The translations under genes and the position numbers were made by a program. A stretch of DNA of 64,000 nucleotides from the NCBI GenBank assembly GCA_020137815.1, contig CM035357.1, forward strand, positions 3,472,001 to 3,536,000, in the 5' to 3' direction. Each line of letters starts with the position of its first letter. Within the stretch, counting starts at the first letter, position 1. The DNA comes from Hormiphora californensis. Its lineage: Eukaryota; Animalia; Ctenophora. This document shows positions 26,801-37,933 of this stretch, one piece after another. The notes beneath the pieces were generated by a model. The model had not been told where the DNA came from. It was given only the letters and a program-made list of their open reading frames with translations, and made no database searches.

Positions 26801-29800
26801 GCTAATACTTTGCTATTATAATATCTAATTACCAGCAGATATCCGTGGTACATGTGACACGTGTTTTGGAGCAATAACACGTGTTACACTCATCAGGGAA
26901 CCTCTCTCCATCCTCATAGACATTTCCCTTGAAGTCACACACCTGGAGGTGGAATTAATTAATTAGCTAATTAGTTAACTAGTTAATTAGTTAATTAATA
27001 GGTAGTCATACATATGTGTGACTACCAATTAATTAACTAATTAACTAGTTAACTAATATATATATATATGTACTCAGCTCTCTTATTTCATGTTTCTTTC
27101 ACCAAAACTACTAAACAATGGGTACCTGTTTCGAAGCGGTGAGGGGCCAATCAGGTATCTGAACGGGATCCTTCTTGAATTGGGCAGCAGTCATGGCCAT
27201 GTTTGCAGATGTAGGGGTGGGAGCCTTATCTGGGGGTGGGTGAGATTAATGTATATTGTAGGTGTTGTATCTAGAAATAGAGGTAACAGGAGAGGGGGAA
27301 CTGCTAGAGACATATTTTCAGTTACAGACTTGAATTGAGCAGTGAAGGGTTATTTCTTACCAACGAAACTGAGAGTGGCAATCTCTTTCACCGCACCGTA
27401 CTTGTTACTCGCGAGGCAGGCAAACCTGAGAGGGGGAGAGTATCGGGAGTTATTCCATAATATAGCTAAATAACTAGCTACTCATTAAATAATTAGCTAC
27501 TAATTACATAACTAGCTACTCATTATACCTGCCGGTATCCTCCTCTCCGTTGATGATCACTACCTCCTCTGCTACCACATTGTGGATTCCTTGTTCAGCG
27601 TTATTGTGAACTGGTGGGAAGGTGTTAGATCCAGACTGCAGCCTCACAATTATAACCTGGCAGGGGAGGATAATTAATTATCATCATCCTTGATTAATTA
27701 TTGGAAATTAGGGGGTATATGATAATGTCAAATCAATGATTTCAATTTCGGCTAAAGTATGCGATTATTATCTTACATCAGGTTTTGGGGCACCCGTCAC
27801 CACACATCGCATCTTTTGGGCGTACTTTTGTCCAAGAGCCAGGCTCTCAATACCCAATCGAACCAGAGGTGGCATTCGGACTGAAATGGTGAGTTTTATG
27901 AAGGAGAGCAGTTCACTAGAGAACAGAAAAAGGGCGAAATACAGACGGACAGACATCTATTAGATTTCTGTCTCTCTTTGATGACTGTCTCTCATGTGAC
28001 TTACTGTAACCGTCAGCAGCAACGGAGGGATTCATACTGGTATCACTACTTGGAATGACCTTGAAATTACCGGAACTTTTTGCAACGCCATTAACATTCC
28101 ACGCATAGCAAGTAATCTGAAAAATTAGCAGATAATAATTAACAATTTAGTACATGTATTAGTTTTAAACAATAAATCAATTATTAGTATCAACTAATTA
28201 AACACTAATTAAACACTGCACCTGTGAGGGAGTGATGCCTGCAGAAATCCTGAAAGTCTTGGTGGACGTTTTGAGTCCCAGTTGGCCCTTTTTAGGGGAC
28301 ATGGCCAGGTCGGGTTGGAATTGAGTAGCATCTGTTATTTTCATCTCGGGAACGGGCTCTCCGATAGCGGAACAGGTGATATCAAACTGAGAGAGGATTT
28401 CAATTTTCAGCTGTATGAAATGTGGATAAACATTTTCTCTTAATTAACAAATTAATTAGTTAATTAACTCACCGTCCCTCCCTTGATTGACCAATCAATT
28501 AGTTAATTAACTCACCGTCCCTCCCTCTGGGAACTGTTGCCCAGAGATTCCCTGGACAATAACAGGACTGTATCTCCGTCCAGGACACTCGTGTTTACAG
28601 ACACCATGAAAGAGGAAGGGTCTCTCTGGGGGACATTTGCACATATCCGCACACCTAGTGAGGGGAGAGAGGGATCAGATGAGTGAATGAGTGATAACGA
28701 AGTATCTCTAATTATTTCAAATTAATTCTAATTATCTCTAATTACCTTCTGTTACAGGTAGTGGTAGGTTCCTCGCACGTCCTATCACAACCATTGGCAC
28801 CCTCTTCACTACATCGGGTCCATCGGAAACCCAGGTCCCGGTAACTTGGGGGACACTCTGCAAGGGAATGGGACAGTTAGGGCGGGGATTGTGGGGGGAC
28901 GGTAACTTGGGGGACACTCTGTGGGGGAAAGGAACAGTTAGCTAGGTCGAGGGGATGTAAGGGTGACTGCGTCACCAAGGTGTACCCGTGTTTTGACCTT
29001 ACCTTCTCGCAATCGATATTGTGTTTCATGGGCTGTTCCTGTAGTCCCATCAATCACTGAAAAAGGTTTTATGAAGGAGTAACTCAAACAATGTTTGGTT
29101 TTATGAAGGAGCAACTCAAACAATGTTTGGTTTTACGAAGGAGCAACTCCCACAATGATTGGTTTTATGAAGGAGCACACTTACTTTCACAGCTGGTACA
29201 ATCCAAAGCACCGCCCGCGCTGTAACATGTACAACTTTGACAGCCAATATCAATAGATTCACCGACAGGAACCAGACTTCCCTTGTAATCACATCCTGTA
29301 GATCAAAAAGTTAGCAGAATTGATTATAGGTTTTGTCAAATAATCAGATATCACAAAACCACTGCAGATTAAATTTGATATCACAAAATATATTTTTACC
29401 CTGAGTGTTGCCACTGGTACATGCCGGATCCGCTTTACAGTTCAAGAACCCGTAAGTGCACGTGCACAGCTCACATGCCTCACTAGCGGATTGGCCATTA
29501 GCCAGCATGGATCCAGAGGGGAGGGTACATGCCCTGGCTACTGCCACGCACAATGTCGTCTTTTCCTGAACAGGGATCAATTGGTTAAATTTGTTGGGAT
29601 CTTGGTCACGAAGTCACCCCTATTTTTGCATATATAATGTGAGCTTGCGCGGAGGGGTAATTTCATTACCAAGTTGGGGTTAATTTCATAGCTGTGTGTA
29701 CCTCGGAGGTGAGCATTGATTTCCATTTCCCAGTAGCGGCCACCATGTAGGCATAACCTCTCTGTGGGTGGTTAACATCCCAGTTAGCATAGGATGAATC

Positions 29801-30366
29801 AGTGATCACCTCACGTGTTGCCATCCATTGCCTGTTACCTGCAAAATGGGGATTTAGAGTATAGTCTATGCTATACTCTATCTATGAGGATAACTGGAAG
29901 ATTGCGAAGGAGAGGATTGAGGAATGTTTGTCAAGTGTGAAAGCTTGGATGAGTGAGCACTGGCTACAGTGCAACGAGGCAAAGACTGAATTCCTGCTGC
30001 TAGGCAAAAACAGTGCCCTGGATAAGATGGTGTATCGGCCCACTGTGGACTTTGGTGGAGTGGAGATAAGCCCAGTGGACTTTACGGGGAGTGCAGGGAA
30101 AACACTAGGAGTGTTCCTTGATAGCAACCTCTCTATGGAGAGGCAAATCAACAGTGTTAAGAGGCAATGTGGACTACTTGTCTCCTTACATTGTCTTTGT
30201 TTTTACTCTCGCTTCCGATGCCATTTTGGACTATCACCGCACATAAATTGCCAGTTCTTCTTCTCCCAACTACCCAATTTCAGTAAACACTACCCCCACC
30301 CCCGGCCTTGTTTAGTAAATGTCCCGACACACGTATATTTCGGCAAATTTGTACTGGCCTCAAACT

Positions 30367-30427
<61 letters not shown>

Positions 30428-31320
30428 TCTCTCTCTCACTCTCACACTCATTCCTTCGCTTACTACAACCTTTCTAAAGTGTAAATATGCTGTCCAAAGT
30501 ACTCCCAAAGTTTCAAGTTCATATTTCAAAATTTAAATTTAATTAAAATAATCTTGCATTTGAACTGAGAAATAACTTTGCGACCGAAGAATTCACACAA
30601 GATCAAATATGCCACATTGTCACTACTTGTCTCCTTACATTGTCTTTGTTTTTACTCTCGCTTCCGATGCCATTTTGGACTATCACCGCACATAAATTGC
30701 CAGTTCTTCTTCTCCCAACTACCCAATTTCAGTAAACACTACCCCCACCCCCGGCCTTGTTTAGTAAATGTCCCGACACACGTATATTTCCACCTCCCAC
30801 CCCCTCCGCCCCTCCCCTCCGCCCCACCCACCTCCCCCACCCTGGCCCTTCCCAATTTAGAGCAGTTTCTTATATACCTCGCTACAGAGACAATCCTTGT
30901 GTTTTGGTGCACTAAGTCGCTTATCGCGTGTAACAACTCACAAATTGTCTTATCTGCCCCACCCGACCTGTCTTCTAGAACATCTTACATTCCAGTGGTG
31001 CTACATCTGTCCTACCCCTCATTTGTGTTTGATCGTTCTCTTTTTATCTTTATCTCAACTGGAAATCTCATCTCATCACCAAGACGTCACGGTACCCATC
31101 ACATCCATGAAGGTCGTAAGTTTGTCAGTCCGTGTTGGTTGTTGTTAGGTAACACATCCATTTAAAAAGCCCTGTTATCAAAATTATTACTCAAAAAGTC
31201 GGGGGATGGACATTAGATGGGGCCTCCTTTGCGCTTGCCAGCGCAGTGTTCCCCCGACCCCCAGACCCCATCTTCCTACCCAACTCCTAGCCTGTCTCTT
31301 TCTTTCTCTCTCTCTCTCTT

Positions 31321-31356
<36 letters not shown>

Positions 31357-31357
31357 C

Positions 31358-31432
<75 letters not shown>

Positions 31433-34400
31433 TCTCTCTAGCTCTCTCCATCTATCTTTCTCTCCCTATTTTCTTTTTCTCGCTTCTCTCTTCTTTCTAC
31501 CTTCTTGTTGCCGCACTCCTGCTCTCTTATCTCTCTACCTCTCGTTTCATTCTACTTTTCAAGATCTGGGAATACCACACTTGACAGGGTGCAGCCTTGA
31601 CCAAACAGCACATATCAATCGGTATAATATCAATTGATATGGGCTCCGCGCACCATAGGCTCAAATGAGAGGTCAAGGCGGCCCTGTTTAAGTTCCCCCC
31701 GCTAGCCAAGCGAAGTATAGGATGTGCCGTTGTACCAGACGCCGGACCAAACTTTGTTTGCCTAAGTTGGGTAGTCACTTTGTTGGTCACGCCTGGATGC
31801 CAGAATCCAGGTGTGACCAGGATGACCAGCGCCGGGCCGAGAAGGCACTGGGGGCAAACAAGGGGCATTGGGAGTTTCGTAGTTTCACAAAGGGCCCCAA
31901 CATAGCGCTAGCCTTCGGTGACACTAAGGACGCGGAGAGGTCGCGAGAAAAAAAAAAAAAAAAAAAAAAAAAGAGGCAATGTGGTTTGTTGTTGAAGAAT
32001 CTATGGCAGGTAAACCGGTGTCTAGATAGATCGACGAAGATACTCCTTGTTAAGCAGCTCATCATTTCAAGACTGGATTATTGTAATATCCTTTACCATG
32101 GCTTACCTAAGAAGCTTCTCAACAGCCTTCAGAGAGTCTTGAACTCGTGTGTCAGATTTGTTTATGGCCTATACGGTCACCAAGACACCTACATGCCATA
32201 CTTGAAAGAATTGCATGTTCTTCCTGTGGAACAACGAGTCACGTTCAAAGCATGCCTTATGGCGTACAAGATTGTACATGGATTGGCCCCTGGCTACCTG
32301 CAAGATCAGGTCCCTGTTGATGATGGACTTCATGTGATCCGGGCTACTAGAGGAAATGCTTGGCCTGATGGCCTCAAGCTGAAGTACCCTAAGCTATCAA
32401 GTGTCAATGCGACTTCCAAGTTGAGAAGAAGACGTCCGTCGGTTTACCTGCCTGAAGTCTGGAATAAGCTTCCCCTTGATCTGAGAGCTGTTGAGTCTGT
32501 GGAATCTTTTAAGTCTAAGCTCAAGACTAGTCTTTTCACTGAGGCATTTGGTGAGACTGGACTGTCCTCTTAAGACTCTCCTTCTTGCTAAGGTATGTGC
32601 TCTAGCTGGTACCCGTTTTTTAATTATTTTTCTGTAATTTAGCTCGTGGCGAGCAGAAGTGTGAAGCATTTTTTCATAGCACGAGTGGTTTTCTGTGTTT
32701 CCAATCTACGGACTTTTTTACCAATCTTTTTAGAGTTCCAGGACTCTAACTCAGTCTGTTATGTAATCAGTCACCGATAGTTATGTGAGCCGATAGTAAT
32801 GTGAGCCGGTGTTTTTCTTTATTAATTTTTGTTCTATTAGGGATAAGTTGTCAAGGTCTTTCTAGTATATTAACCGTTCAGATTATCCTTCAGTGACAGC
32901 ATCAGTTTCGCTGCTCTGTCCCTGTCGGATATGGGCGGAATATAAACCCCAGTGTCCCGATCTCTGGAATATGAAGGAAAGATAAATGCAAAAATTCTGC
33001 AGCAAAACAAAATCCTTGCAGCAAAATGAAAAAATATTGGGGACTGCAGCAGCTGCTGCTGCAGCAGCAGAAGATATTTCCCATACTTACACACAGAGAT
33101 ACAGCAGTGCTGCAGTGTTAACAGTGTGTAACAGAGAGATAGAATATGTTGGGGCATGCCCCAGTTGTGCGTAATGCACCGACAACAGTCGAGTAAGGGG
33201 GAGGGGGAAAGAAAAGAGAGATTCATACTTTAACAAAGATCTCTTTTTTCCCCATAGCTTTACAGAGGGGTGAGATCGTTATAGTCACTGTTGCAGTACC
33301 TGACAGTGGTCCTCCGACATATTCCGACGTGAAATTCGACCTAGATCTCGACCTGGAATGAGCCGCGCATCAGAGAGATGTGCCGCAGTAAGAAAATGAT
33401 GTCGCGCTTCAACTCTTTTCTCTCGCTAGTCTTTGTGTCTCTCTCACTACGAATGCGCGCCTCATTCCAGGTCGAGATTCTCGTCGAATTTCACGTCGAG
33501 GTATGGCAATTATGTTGGAGGACCACTGTCAGTGGAATTTTCTCGGAATTTTCCATCTCTGCAGTCGCTGCAGCACTGCAGCAGGGAAGGGGAAGAAAAG
33601 AGAGATTCATACTTTAACATAGCTCTCTTTTTTCCCCATAGCTTTACAAAGGGGTGAGATCGTTATAGTCACTGTTGCAGTCCCTGAGTGGAATATTCCA
33701 AGACATTTCCACTGCTGCAGCAGCACTGCAGCAGGCACTGCAGAGATGGAATATTCCAAGGAATTTCCACTACTGCAGCAGCACTGCAGCAGGCACTGCA
33801 AAGATGGAATATTCCAAGGAATATTCCAACTTTATAGGGACTGCAGTAGGGAAATATTCCAATGTTAGGGGTACTGGGACTGCCGGGGTATTTTAGGACG
33901 GCAAAATCCCTATCCATGACTGCAGCAAATAGTAAAATTCCTGCAGCAAAACGAGCTCCCAAAATGAAAATTCCAGGCGTGAAAAAAAAATCGGGACACC
34001 GGGATATAAACATAGTTATTATTATTATTATTATACTATACTCTATACTATATACTCTATACTATAGAGAGAGGGCAAAATGAGAGGGTAGAGCTGCTAC
34101 CATGAAACAGGACAGCATGGGGTTTGATTAGAGTGGGACTACCACTGAAACTGTCTTGAGGTGTATCCCGGGATCTGAGCACAATATTACATACTGAACC
34201 GTACCATCAATGGATTGAATGAGCCCCAGCCAGGCCTCTCCGATCCCATTATCGAGCATGTACTGTTGTACAACCTCGTTCGCCTCAGAATCCATCACGG
34301 GCAGCCACCTGAACGACAGAAACTGTGACTTGCGAATCATTAATGTGTAAAGGATATATTGCTTCTCCCTTCTCCAGAGAAGCTAAGTTTGAGAGATAAA

Positions 34401-34823
34401 ATATATCTCGAGCAAATAAAGAAGAGAAAACTATGCCATATCATTGTTATAATGTTCTAAGTTCTAACTCGCGAAAAGGGGGTCGAGCTAGGCAAGCCAT
34501 ATTACAAACCTCCATCCCTTTCCAGCACATGCCATAAGACCCTCGGAGGCTCTGTACTTCCCCACATTCTTTATAGTCATGGAGTAGGACTTCCAGAAAA
34601 CTGAAATATAGCAGGGAATTAGATCTAGTTTTGTTAGGGAGGGTCGAACAAGTTTAGGAAATACCCGATGTCTGATCCATCTCCTCGCTTCGCTCACTCC
34701 TGAGCGAAGCGCCCGAGAAGGGGTCAGAGCGAGGGTTTATAACCAGCACCAGACTGTAAACTTACAAGAGTCATTAGTAGTCGCTGACCCCAGAGTAGTC
34801 AGGAGAACTACTAGCAATAACAT
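23802..34823 (-). CDS. Secreted mosaic protein: signal peptide, C-type lectin domain, VWC/pacifastin-like repeats, Ig-like domains, more pacifastin-like repeats (>20 exons)
   Basis: MLLLVVLLTTLGSA signal peptide; AWLGLIQSIDG|NRQW...YANWDVNHP...GKWKS|...LC (CTLD spliced across the LINE-containing intron); ACELCTCTYG and GCQSCTC repeats; ITCSAIGEPVP...ITCYAWN (Ig). Confidence 0.8.
25511..26077 (+). mobile_element. Haplotype-specific ~570-bp insertion with internal direct repeat and tRNA-like cassette
   Basis: Absent at ~7870 in the first copy; imperfect terminal IR gctcga..ttg..cttaac; tRNA-like 25929-25998 (tggccagtgg A box, gttcaaatc B box). Confidence 0.7.
30173..31970 (+). mobile_element. 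Non-coding poly(A) retroposed element with 14-bp TSD
   Basis: TSD aagaggcaatgtgg at 30159-30172 and 31971-31984; A-tail 31947-31970; internal direct repeat 30173-30341 = 30623-30790; (CT)n tracts. Confidence 0.88.
32948..34003. mobile_element. Non-autonomous DNA transposon, 8-bp TSD, rich in ctgcag repeats
   Basis: Ends cccagtgtcccgat / atcgggacaccggg; TSD atataaac on both sides; inserted in the LINE 3' tail. Confidence 0.78.
33301..33531. mobile_element. ~230-bp foldback MITE nested in the previous element
   Basis: tgacagtggtcctccgacata / tatgttggaggaccactgtca plus inner IR; absent from the parallel direct-repeat copy at ~33685. Confidence 0.75.
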
Positions 34824-34868
34824 CTTTCTAACTACAGAGACATGCAAATAGTGTAATTTAGAGAGAGT

Positions 34869-34940
<72 letters not shown>

Positions 34941-35427
34941 TAGAGAGAGAGAAGGAGAGAGATATGTCGCATACGGTTGCATATAATGTTGGCCACTTGG
35001 CAATTGCGGTGTTTGGAAATTTTAATTCCAGGAAAGGGTGAACGACACAAGAAGCACCGCCAAGTTTGAGAAAGCAACAAGAAACTGAGAAAACGAAATG
35101 AAGAAAAAAGAGCCGTTTACTCCTTCTCGTATAGGTCCCATTAGAACTTCTAATCTTGTTTTTAAACATGAGACTAGAACCGGAAGTGTCCAGTGGACTA
35201 TTTCCACATCTTGTGGTAGACATATTAGAAGAAAAGACGCGGTGATAGACTGAGAGAAAGGAGAAAGAGAGACGTAGTAACGAAAAAAGAAACAAAGAGA
35301 GTGACAATAATTGCTAAACAGAAATTGAAAAACACAAGAAACAAGTGGGACGAGATGCAGTGGTAGCATCTAAATTTAACTCTGCAAAATACGGCTCTAA
35401 AAGTGGATTCTATAATGTATAAGACCA

Positions 35428-35492
<65 letters not shown>

Positions 35493-35751
35493 TCTCTTTC
35501 TCTCTCTCATTGACGGCTAAGTGTCAATTGTTCTGCGGATGAATGGGGCGGTATGCATGGTATGGATAAACACGTTAAAGAGATACAGACAGAGAGAGAT
35601 ACTAAATTGGACCAGATTGACAGATCAAACAGTGTTATGAAAGGATCGAATATATTATGTAGTGTTGTTTTCCAACTGATTAGCAAACTATATTGTAGGC
35701 GCTAACTACCATACAACTGCTAACCACTGCAGCATAAACGAGTTATATATA

Positions 35752-36718
35752 CCGCGTGGGCCAATAAAAAGGGAGGGTCTTAAATCTTAGATTTCTCCGG
35801 TACCTTAATTCCAATGGTTCTGAAATTTTGACACAATGTTGGTGGGCTTATGCCAGATATGTGTACAGAGTTTTAAGTTCAAAAATGCAGAAATTCATTA
35901 ATGACCTTAAATTCCCGATTTTTTAGTTAATTGAAGGTTTTCCCTTGTTCCAAGTTGATTTTGATCGCAAAATTGTAGCCACTCAATAGTGTTAACATTG
36001 ATCAATGGCAATCTGAAATTTCATTGAAAATGAATAAAGTTTAGTGGGTGAAATTAATGAATTAAAAATGATATTTTTTTCAAAAAATTTATTTTCGCTG
36101 AAAATGAGAGATTTGCACTGTAGAGATGAAATTAAAACCTAACTGGGTTATGATTTAATCATTTAAGTTCATTCTGGTATGAAAAACTGTTAAATTCAAA
36201 AAAATTAATTTTTTTAAATTTTCGTTTTTTTAATTTTTTCGTTAATAACTGCATAAATTAACATTTAACCGATAGTTCATTAACAAACCGTTAGTTGAGA
36301 CATTAGTAAATCGAAAACTTGCTAATGGAAGCTTGCTAATGCTTATACTGATTGGTAACAACAAGCGTCATGTGACCTCCATGCAAGCAACAAGAAACGT
36401 AACCAGGGTGTGACAAAATCTTGTTAGCAAGATTGCAATTGGTCTCCAATGCCCTCTGTTGTACCCAGTATCAGATATCTGGCGTGGAGTACAAAAGAGG
36501 TTCCTGGAAAACAAAAAATATGGACTAGCGAAAACCTACATTAGCTTAAAAACATGAATTTAGGTTCATTAATGAATTTCTGCATTTTTGAACTTGAAAC
36601 TCTGTACACATATCTGGCATAAGCTCAATAACATTGTGTCAAAATTTCAGAACCATTGGAATTAAGGTACCGGAGAAATCTAAGATTTAAGACCCTCCCT
36701 TTTTATTGGCCCACGCGG
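35752..36718. mobile_element. MITE with ~150-bp TIRs, TA TSD
   Basis: ccgcgtgggccaataaaaagggagggtcttaaatc... mirrored at 36565-36718. Confidence 0.9.
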
Positions 36719-36971
36719 TATGGCCTCCATAATATTCCTAACACTTTCATAGGCGTCAACTTAAACCGTCTTTGCTTTGAGTAACAGCAAGACAGAAAAT
36801 CTAACTAAAGCGAGGTTTGCCAACAATGCGGTTCTGGCTGCATATTAAATGTGGTGTTGTTGTGGCTTCCGGCAGCACTGAGCACCATGACTTCATCTGT
36901 CACAGTTCCATAATTTGGTATTAATTTCTGGTGTGTAACCACGGCATCCGAGACGCGGAAACAAAGGCCGA

Positions 36972-37080
36972 AGAGGCAGGAAATAAGAAAAGAGGCAGGA
37001 AATAAGAAAAGAGGCAGGAAATAAGAAAAGAGGCAGGAAATAAGAAAAGAGGCAGGAAATAAGAAGAGGCAGGAAGAGGC
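36972..37080. repeat. 20-bp minisatellite, about 5 copies
   Basis: gaggcaggaaataagaaaa unit. Confidence 0.85.
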
Positions 37081-37933
37081 ATTCTTTGGTTGGATTGCGG
37101 TGGGGAAGAAAACCGGATATAATGAAGGAGTACCTATACCAGCTAATATAAACCACAGAACAGATCTTTTAATTAATTAATTTGCGAAAGTCACCACAAG
37201 ACCCTACCACAAAACCAAAAGAAGAGTTTTTTATGAAGAAATTGCATCTGTGAGAAAGAATTCATTTGACATGTTTGAAACAGGGTTTTTATTATACAGA
37301 GCCGTATATTTGCTAGGTAAAATCGAAAAAGTTTAGAAAATATCAAATTGATTTACCTCAAAAATGTATGCCGTCATCGATAAGAAAGAGATGCCACCTT
37401 TTTATTGTTAGAATCTGTCTCATCCATCCCCTTATCACGACCACCTGATCCACAGCTCAAATAACTCCATTTTGTTCGAATGATCGAAACGAAGGTCTTC
37501 AACACAACCATTCACCTGAGGGAGTGTGTAGTTGTAATGGGTGATTGGGTAAATAGGGAGGGTCAGGGATTATCTATTAGATAAAGGGTACTAGCAGGGT
37601 TGTCTAAAATGTTAGAACTTTTGAGGAAATCTAGACAACCCTGCGTAGAAAGAATAAACATTATCTTGCAATCCTAACCATAAAAGATAATAAATACAAC
37701 GACCAATAGTTTATTATAAATACACCAGAATAAATATTACTTATCTTGAAAAAAAAAATCACAGAAAAAAACTGCGATTTAGACCTTGCAACCCTTTATA
37801 CAGAAAGAAAAGTCTACAAATAACTCAATTTAGAACTAGTCATACTACTCTATAGTTTTTAGTGAATCCACTTTTTTGATGATCAATATCATGATCAATT
37901 CCCTGCTATCATCCAATACATGGTCCTCCACAT

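Larger units (their letters stand above)
29881..34033 (+). mobile_element. 5'-truncated L2/CR1-clade LINE (RT C-terminus, 3' UTR, (TTA)n tail) in an intron, interrupted by two insertions
   Basis: Removing 30173-31984 restores one ORF: LQCNEAKTEFLLLG...LGVFLDSNL...KRQCGLL...ISRLDYCN...FKSKLKT*; tail at 34016-34033. Confidence 0.9.
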
